Source of the DNA: Setoptus koraiensis
Lineage: Eukaryota > Animalia > Arthropoda
NCBI GenBank assembly: GCA_048013815.1
Contig: CM106586.1
Span: 19,902,001 to 19,966,000 of the forward strand
Length of the DNA stretch: 64,000 bases
Direction of reading: 5' to 3'
The notes beneath the pieces were generated by a model. It ran no database searches and had not been told where the DNA came from. It worked only from the letters and a program-made list of their open reading frames with translations. The position numbers and the translations under genes are program-made. Every line of letters starts with the position of its first letter. The first letter of the stretch is position 1. Below are positions 57,644 through 64,000 of this stretch, piece by piece.

Positions 57644-60217
57644 ATGGCCATTTATGCACCGAACACAGATAATGCATCATCAGCCACGCAATTGAGCAAC
57701 AGTGTAACGCCATCAGCATCGCAGGGCGCACAATACAAGAACAAGAATTACCACACCACAACCACAAATCAACACCACACATTATTGAATTGTGAATCAA
57801 TTGAGGGAAACCATTTAACAGCCAATAAGCCGTCTAATGCAACAAATAAGAAACAACTAATACAAGATGCGGATACACTGTCAGACACTATTTGCTGCAA
57901 TAACAAACAACAACAACAACAACAACAAAGCAATCCCACAAACTATAAACAAGCAACAACAATTTCTAATTGCGCAAACAATAACAAGCAGACAATGCAA
58001 CAAGCCAGCAGAAGGGAACAATTAGAATTGGACGAGCTTCTGAGTGATATCTATCGAGGAATTGAACGTTTACCTGATGTGCCCAATGCATCTAATGCTC
58101 ACTTTGATGCTAGTGATAATTTAGACGCTAAAAAGCCCTCATACGATCATTACAATAATGATTATCATTACAGTAATGACAACAACAACACACAGTCAGC
58201 CTATGATAGACATTTTAATCAAAATAATCACCACACAGTATCATTTGCAACCACAACTAGGCGAAGCAGCAAAGAATTAACTGAGCGCCAAATAAAAGAG
58301 AAAGCCATGATAGAGGAATTAAAGCGAAATTTCAAAAGTGGTGCACTAACATTGAGAAACTCATTCAAGTCATCCTCATCCTCGTCTGCCTCATCTAGAG
58401 ACAAGGTTGCACATCAACAACAACAACAACTACAAAATTATAACACCACTGGTAGCAGTAACAATAATAATTATAACTATACTCATAACAATAGTAATAA
58501 TATTAACACTCATAGTAATCTCAAAAGCCCAACACGATATAACAACAATGCTAACAATAGATCAACATCGAGATCGCCAACACCAAATAGGGTTACTTTT
58601 ATGAGACAACACTCGGATTTAACCAATTACCGATTGCCGCCATCAACAAAAGCAACGGCCAATAACAACAATCAACAGACAAACATGCCTAGCAATCCTG
58701 TCACATCATCACCTATCCAGTTGTCCGGCTACCCATTGCAGGAGCAACAGACGCAACAGCCATCCACTCATTATACCATTAATCAACAATTGATTGTAAC
58801 CAATGGTAACAATAACAACGTATTAAAGAAACAGCAGCCATTTCAACAATCGATCTTGACCTCTTCTTCATCTAATACGATGACGCAACAACAACCCCAA
58901 CAGAAAGCCATTTATGCAAACCCTCACAATTCATTATTGCAACACAAACGCGAACAGCAGAGGGCTAATCTAAATCAATGCTCCATGAGAGAATTTGACG
59001 AATTGGATTCTTTACTCAATTCACTCAAAATAACTAATGCACCGAATTTCACCAGTCGCGCCAACAACAACAACACTAGTAATATTATGCAACAATCCAA
59101 TAGCAACACGAATGGTCAGCAAAACTATAAGAACAACAATATCTACAACAATAATTACACTGCTAATAATACCCCCGGTTATAATACATCGATGCACACA
59201 ACAAACGCTTTAAATAACTATCAACAACAGCAACACCATCATCAAAATCTTGACAGTAGTGCACCTCTTTATGCCAGAGTCCAAAAGAATAATACACCTA
59301 TTCAATCAAATACCATTCAAAATTATCATTATAAAGCAAACAACAACAACGCAAGTCATGGTCAGCAACAATCGAACGCTAGAATAATACCTGTCCATTC
59401 AGCGAAAACTGGCCAAACCATTCAGACCATGCATAATAACACCGCTAGTAGTTACTATAATAATAACGGTAACAATGATAATAGAAATGGTAATGGCAAC
59501 ATTGAAGATGATATTAATGATGGCAATCATGTGCAGCAAACAACAATTGAAAATAACCAACATCAGCCAATCTATGGCCACTACCATAAACAACAACAAT
59601 ACCATTCAGAGAATCAAGATCCGCCTTTTGATATACTTCCCTCAATGGAATATTATCAACTATTGTCAAAATTTAATACTGTTAAGAATGATTATTGGTA
59701 TAAACCTAAAATGAGTAGAGAAACAGCTATAAATTTGTTGAGAGATAAACCCGCTGGAACATTTATAGTTCGTGATAGTACATCATTCAATGGAGCTTAT
59801 GGCCTTGCAGTCAAAGTTTCCAAATTGCCTCGGAATGTACTTACAAATGCTAATCTGAGAAATCCAAATACAACCTTACCAAATGAACTTATTAGACACT
59901 TTCTGATAGAATCAACATCAAAGGGTGTCAGGCTTAAAGGTTATGCAAATGAGCCAGTATTTAGTAGTCTGCCCGCTCTTGTTTATCAGCATTCAATCAC
60001 TGAGTTGGCGCTACCTTGCAAGTTATCAATACCCAGGGCCGATGTTGAGGATCCCCAATTTGCAGAGAAACAGAGAAAATTCTACGAAGAAGTACAAGCT
60101 GAGAAGGCCGATAGCACGAAGGGTATCTACGGTAAGAGTGGTACTCTGGGTGGAATGCGCAATTACGAGGGTGTACCTATTCATAGTGAACATAGAATCA
60201 TTTTTGATCGTATTTAG
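57644..60217 (+). CDS. Tensin-type SH2-domain adaptor with an N/Q-rich N-terminus and no PTB domain
   Basis: WYKPKMSRETAINLLRDKPAGTFIVRDS...IRHFLIE...GYANEPVFSSLPALVYQHSITELALPCKL. First ATG at 57644; the frame is open from 57539, so an upstream exon is possible. Confidence 0.85.
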   Translation: MAIYAPNTDNASSATQLSNSVTPSASQGAQYKNKNYHTTTTNQHHTLLNCESIEGNHLTANKPSNATNKKQLIQDADTLSDTICCNNKQQQQQQQSNPTNYKQATTISNCANNNKQTMQQASRREQLELDELLSDIYRGIERLPDVPNASNAHFDASDNLDAKKPSYDHYNNDYHYSNDNNNTQSAYDRHFNQNNHHTVSFATTTRRSSKELTERQIKEKAMIEELKRNFKSGALTLRNSFKSSSSSSASSRDKVAHQQQQQLQNYNTTGSSNNNNYNYTHNNSNNINTHSNLKSPTRYNNNANNRSTSRSPTPNRVTFMRQHSDLTNYRLPPSTKATANNNNQQTNMPSNPVTSSPIQLSGYPLQEQQTQQPSTHYTINQQLIVTNGNNNNVLKKQQPFQQSILTSSSSNTMTQQQPQQKAIYANPHNSLLQHKREQQRANLNQCSMREFDELDSLLNSLKITNAPNFTSRANNNNTSNIMQQSNSNTNGQQNYKNNNIYNNNYTANNTPGYNTSMHTTNALNNYQQQQHHHQNLDSSAPLYARVQKNNTPIQSNTIQNYHYKANNNNASHGQQQSNARIIPVHSAKTGQTIQTMHNNTASSYYNNNGNNDNRNGNGNIEDDINDGNHVQQTTIENNQHQPIYGHYHKQQQYHSENQDPPFDILPSMEYYQLLSKFNTVKNDYWYKPKMSRETAINLLRDKPAGTFIVRDSTSFNGAYGLAVKVSKLPRNVLTNANLRNPNTTLPNELIRHFLIESTSKGVRLKGYANEPVFSSLPALVYQHSITELALPCKLSIPRADVEDPQFAEKQRKFYEEVQAEKADSTKGIYGKSGTLGGMRNYEGVPIHSEHRIIFDRI

Positions 60218-61370
60218 ATGAGAAAACCCAAATTGTTTAATGTATATTGTGTATCACACTAACCCCTTGAGCCCGGTGAAAAAAGTATTATCCGGTACAA
60301 ATGAAGACAAAAGTTACTCTCTGGAAATTGTCAACACCGATTGACCGAATTCAGTTTTTGTCTAATCGACTTCAATTCAGTTAGAGCTTTAGATTTTAGC
60401 TATCTAAGAGGTCAGAGCGAGAAAGAGAGAGGGAAAGAGAAAAGATGTCTCATTCCTCTTCTACCATAGAATACTCATTACTTTTGAAATTTCAGAGACG
60501 GCTACCTTTTATCTAACTAATAACCCAGTTTATATTTCAGATAAAAGCTATGTATGAAACATTCTTATAAAAATTGAGTATAATAGAGCCGGAATACAAG
60601 TGCAATCGAACTTAATTTTTGGAACGAATGTTGATTATTGTAAATATATGATGACCAAAATCAAATAAATAAATGTTATAACGATGAAATGTATCGATTA
60701 ACTTAAATCAAGCCATATAAGTGAAAAACCGGTTCCGTTGTCGCATTGGGCGACATAAATATTTACAGATAATCAAAGATTTAATAAAACTGACTCGAGT
60801 TGAGCTGGATATTTTCCTGAGATAAGACCAACAAGTGTGGGTCGATCGCTGATACTGATTGCTCATATTAGTAGATAGTATGTTATGATTGAGCAGATGC
60901 TTTGGCCATGTTATGATACATGTTACATGGTGTTTTGACAAAAAACAAAAAGAATAATTTATAGATTAGATTGGTACTTGTTCAGCAACTCTCGCGTTGA
61001 AACCGCAAGTTGTTATATCTCAAATGACAGCTCATGTAATGTTTTTTAAAGGTTAACAAGTCGAAAGCGTAATAATCTTATTTGACAACTTTGATGTGTC
61101 TTGTCTAGAGTCTAGACTAGAAATAATCTAACCATTATTGCGGTCGCATTACTGAGCATCACTAATTTTTGACAGTTGTGCAAAGTGGGTCGGTGATATA
61201 TCGTAGTGTACTGGAAATGATGCTCGACCACTCAATCAGCATTTGACGGATATCATGTACTTACTTTGTACATCTCACAATTGAACAAATATTCGTGTTT
61301 TTTAATGTATCAGAGTGTGTAAATGTAAACTTAAATAATTGCATAAATTTATTAGTAAATTCAATGTATT

Positions 61371-62927
61371 ATGGCTCTTAATTATTATTCTAGAATTTCA
61401 ATATTCAAACATCTGACAAGCAAAGGAATAGCGTTGAATCGAGATATCAATTATTCAAGACTAGGATCAAAACGATTGTTATTGTACTTTACTGGATATT
61501 ACAAGAGACAATATATAAGTCCTATATATTATAAGAAAGTTCAAATCAACTCAGTGAGATCCATACACTCTCTGGTGGAGGATAATAGGCAGCCCAGGAA
61601 GCTCTTGCAGAACAACGATACAGTGAATTATCAAGTCAAGAAAGAATCGCCGGAATTTAGCTATAAGATCATCGACAATGTGAAAAATAAATATGGCGAC
61701 ACTGAGGAGAAAGGCCATTTCAGACATGATGATGTGGAGATCTCGATAGATGAAAATTCAAAGCTTGTATTCAGTCTAACATGGCTACGCCACTCATGTA
61801 GATGTGATCAATGTTTGCATCAGCATTCTAGACAGAGATTGAGTGATCTAACTAAATATGACAAAACAAGTTTTCAGATAGACACATGCACAATAGTTGA
61901 TGGCAACAAGATGAAAGAGATTCATGTTAATTGGATTGATGGACACCGGAGTAAATTTGGTCTAGAATGGCTACTAGAAGCGGCTAAATCATGCGAAAGC
62001 TTCGGATCATACTTGGACAGCATCAATTTAAATGATGAACAATCAAGGTTGCATCTTCCTCGGGATGACTATTATACAATTGTAGGTCAAGATAGAGATT
62101 CTAACAAGAATTATTGGACAGGTGAACAAATTGTCAATCTACTTAGGCCTGTAGAATATGATGACCTGATTGATAGAGAACATGGCGACAACTCTGCCAT
62201 ATACAGTCTGATAAAACAGTTGTATCAATACGGAATAGCCAAGATAGTTAATGTCCCAACGGAGAGAGATCAATTGCTACAAGTAGCAAGGCGACTTGCA
62301 TACGAGCGTCCAACTGGATACGGTACAACATTTGATGTAATTGCTGAACCAAGTGATCGCATTCTGGCGTATACAGCAAAGGAATTTGATCTACATTGCG
62401 ATTTACCGTATAGAGAAAGTCTTCCAGGTACACAAATGCTGCATTGTCTAATTAATTCAGAGGAAGACGGTGAAAGTTATTTTTGTGATTCTTTCAATGC
62501 TTGTAAACAATTGAAAGAACAAAATACGTATTACTACAATATACTCAGTTGTTTGCCTGTGACATTCTCAGTTATTGATCCATACAGGGAAGTTAAACTA
62601 AGACAACACTGGCCAATCATCACAAAAAATTATCTTGGTCAGTTAGATCGAGTGCACCATTCACCTTTTATGTTGCCACCCCTGGCACGTGTGAATCAGG
62701 TCAAATTGTTCTATGAGGCTTATCATCAATTCAGCAAATTGCTCCATAGCAATTCGAATAAGTTTATAACAAAAATGTGTCCGGGCGACCTGTATATTTT
62801 CCAAAATGGCAGAGTTCTCCATGGGAGAAATCATTATGACCCGCACAAAAGTAAGAGATTCCTGCAAGGTTGTTACATGGATTGGGATGAGATCGAGGGT
62901 CTATATGAAAAATTCTACTTGCGATGA
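61371..62927 (+). CDS. BBOX1: Gamma-butyrobetaine dioxygenase family (BBOX/TMLHE) 2-oxoglutarate/Fe(II) enzyme
   Basis: Zn-binding WLRHSCRCDQC, HxD motif HCDLPY, FQNGRVLHGR, RFLQGCYMDWD; intronless. BBOX versus TMLHE is not firmly resolved. Confidence 0.85.
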   Translation: MALNYYSRISIFKHLTSKGIALNRDINYSRLGSKRLLLYFTGYYKRQYISPIYYKKVQINSVRSIHSLVEDNRQPRKLLQNNDTVNYQVKKESPEFSYKIIDNVKNKYGDTEEKGHFRHDDVEISIDENSKLVFSLTWLRHSCRCDQCLHQHSRQRLSDLTKYDKTSFQIDTCTIVDGNKMKEIHVNWIDGHRSKFGLEWLLEAAKSCESFGSYLDSINLNDEQSRLHLPRDDYYTIVGQDRDSNKNYWTGEQIVNLLRPVEYDDLIDREHGDNSAIYSLIKQLYQYGIAKIVNVPTERDQLLQVARRLAYERPTGYGTTFDVIAEPSDRILAYTAKEFDLHCDLPYRESLPGTQMLHCLINSEEDGESYFCDSFNACKQLKEQNTYYYNILSCLPVTFSVIDPYREVKLRQHWPIITKNYLGQLDRVHHSPFMLPPLARVNQVKLFYEAYHQFSKLLHSNSNKFITKMCPGDLYIFQNGRVLHGRNHYDPHKSKRFLQGCYMDWDEIEGLYEKFYLR

Positions 62928-63060
62928 CACGTTTCAATGGATGGTCTCGTTTTAGATATCAATTATTACGGAATCATGAAAAATATAATTACACTATCAA
63001 CCTCAATATGTTTATCCAAAACTCGTTTCGTTATGTTAATGTTTATGCATTCTGCAAATT

Positions 63061-63354
63061 CTAGGATCCCTCAAGTTGGGCCATTCTTAATAGTGCCTTG
63101 GCAACATCGTGTCTCAGCTGATTGAACTCAGAGACGCCCAGCTCTAAGGTTGTCCAATGAGCATCCGAATCAGGGGGATAAGTTTTTTGTTCATCGGACT
63201 TATTTTGATTTCCGATCAATAATTTGAGTACTATGACATGTTCGAGTAGTTTTCGTTTTGAGTAACTCGAACAAACGATTATATCCACGTGCCATCTGGT
63301 TGATTGAATGGTAGGTAAGGTCATCAATGACTTGCCAGGCTGTAGTCTGTCCAT
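63061..63354 (-). CDS. COMMD5: COMM-domain protein, COMMD5-like, apparently COMM domain only
   Basis: LPTIQSTRWHVDIIVCSS...VIVLKLLIG...LELGVSEFNQLRHDVAKALLRMAQLE matches the COMMD5 COMM domain. First ATG at 63354 gives 97 aa. Confidence 0.7.
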   Translation of the reverse strand: MDRLQPGKSLMTLPTIQSTRWHVDIIVCSSYSKRKLLEHVIVLKLLIGNQNKSDEQKTYPPDSDAHWTTLELGVSEFNQLRHDVAKALLRMAQLEGS

Positions 63355-63382
63355 TCTCGGTGAGTTGTCTCTCGCTATTGTG

Positions 63383-63796
63383 TTAATTTTGATATTTATC
63401 ACGCCGTCTAAGCTCTTCAATGATTTCAAGCTTCTCGACCTCGTAGGTATTCCTCAGTTCCTCCAATTCGGAGTTATACAGTTTTTGTAGACCGTTGAGG
63501 AAATAATCCAATTCCTCTAATTTTAACAGGTCCCAATCTAGTCCTCCTGGATTGCCAGATTCTTCATCATAATAAACTTGAATTGATTTTTGTAGAATTG
63601 GTAGCATATCATGTGATATATCGTTAGTAGAGCTCAAATAACTCAAACTGCCACTGCTGTTATCAACCACTGTAGTTGCCACACACGGCTGTTGTTCCTG
63701 AAGCTCACTGAAGCTAGAGCACGAGTAATCGATTTGTATCGAGTTATCACTATTTACATAAGGGTAGCAGTACTGACAACGTTGTGGATAGGACAT
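63383..63796 (-). CDS. sav: SARAH-domain protein, Salvador-like, no WW domains in this ORF
   Basis: LDWDLLKLEELDYFLNGLQKLYNSELEELRNTYE...EELRRR matches the Salvador SARAH pattern W-x-L-x2-L-x2-LD-x5-L-x2-L-x3-ELE-x5-YE. Upstream exons beyond the window cannot be excluded. Confidence 0.7.
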   Translation of the reverse strand: MSYPQRCQYCYPYVNSDNSIQIDYSCSSFSELQEQQPCVATTVVDNSSGSLSYLSSTNDISHDMLPILQKSIQVYYDEESGNPGGLDWDLLKLEELDYFLNGLQKLYNSELEELRNTYEVEKLEIIEELRRRDKYQN

Positions 63797-64000
63797 ATTT
63801 GAATATAAATATTCAACTATGACAAGTTCAATGGACGGTGATACAGTCTTGTTGGATCAAATAAACAATGAAAGGATAAAAACATTTGCCTGTTATCTCA
63901 AATGAATGTCACACTGTTGGCTTATTATCAAAATGTTTCTCGGAATCGCCACTAGAGGCGCTCGTTGCACAAATGTAACTTTCATCGAGCAACAAGTCGG

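Overview
Eukaryotic (arthropod, most plausibly a small-genome acariform mite; species not determinable from sequence alone) genomic window with spliceosomal GT-AG introns. No rRNA, tRNA, CRISPR or recognisable transposase was found. Architecture is bimodal: microsatellite-rich, gene-sparse blocks (about 1-29.9 kb and 48.9-57.5 kb) alternate with AT-richer, tightly packed, intron-poor blocks (about 30-48.9 kb and 57.5-64 kb). Recognisable genes: Ptf1a/Fer1 bHLH, PPT1, a defensin, GILT, PSMA6, hyccin/FAM126, DcpS, MPDU1, a divergent syntaxin-like protein, ETFA, an HSF-DBD protein, ATAD1, spatzle-3, a tensin-type SH2 protein, a BBOX-family dioxygenase, a COMMD5-like COMM domain and a Salvador-like SARAH protein. 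There are also several orphan secreted proteins. Best leads: (1) an 8-Cys defensin exon that splices in frame onto a 242-aa acidic tail; (2) hyccin and MPDU1 sharing a duplicated 18-codon N-terminal leader plus upstream sequence; (3) a Pelle/Tube-like death-domain gene interrupted by in-frame stops; (4) a Salvador-like and a COMMD5-like ORF, each reduced to one domain and only 28 nt apart. All splice models are hand-derived, and family calls rest on motifs recalled from known proteins, not on database searches.
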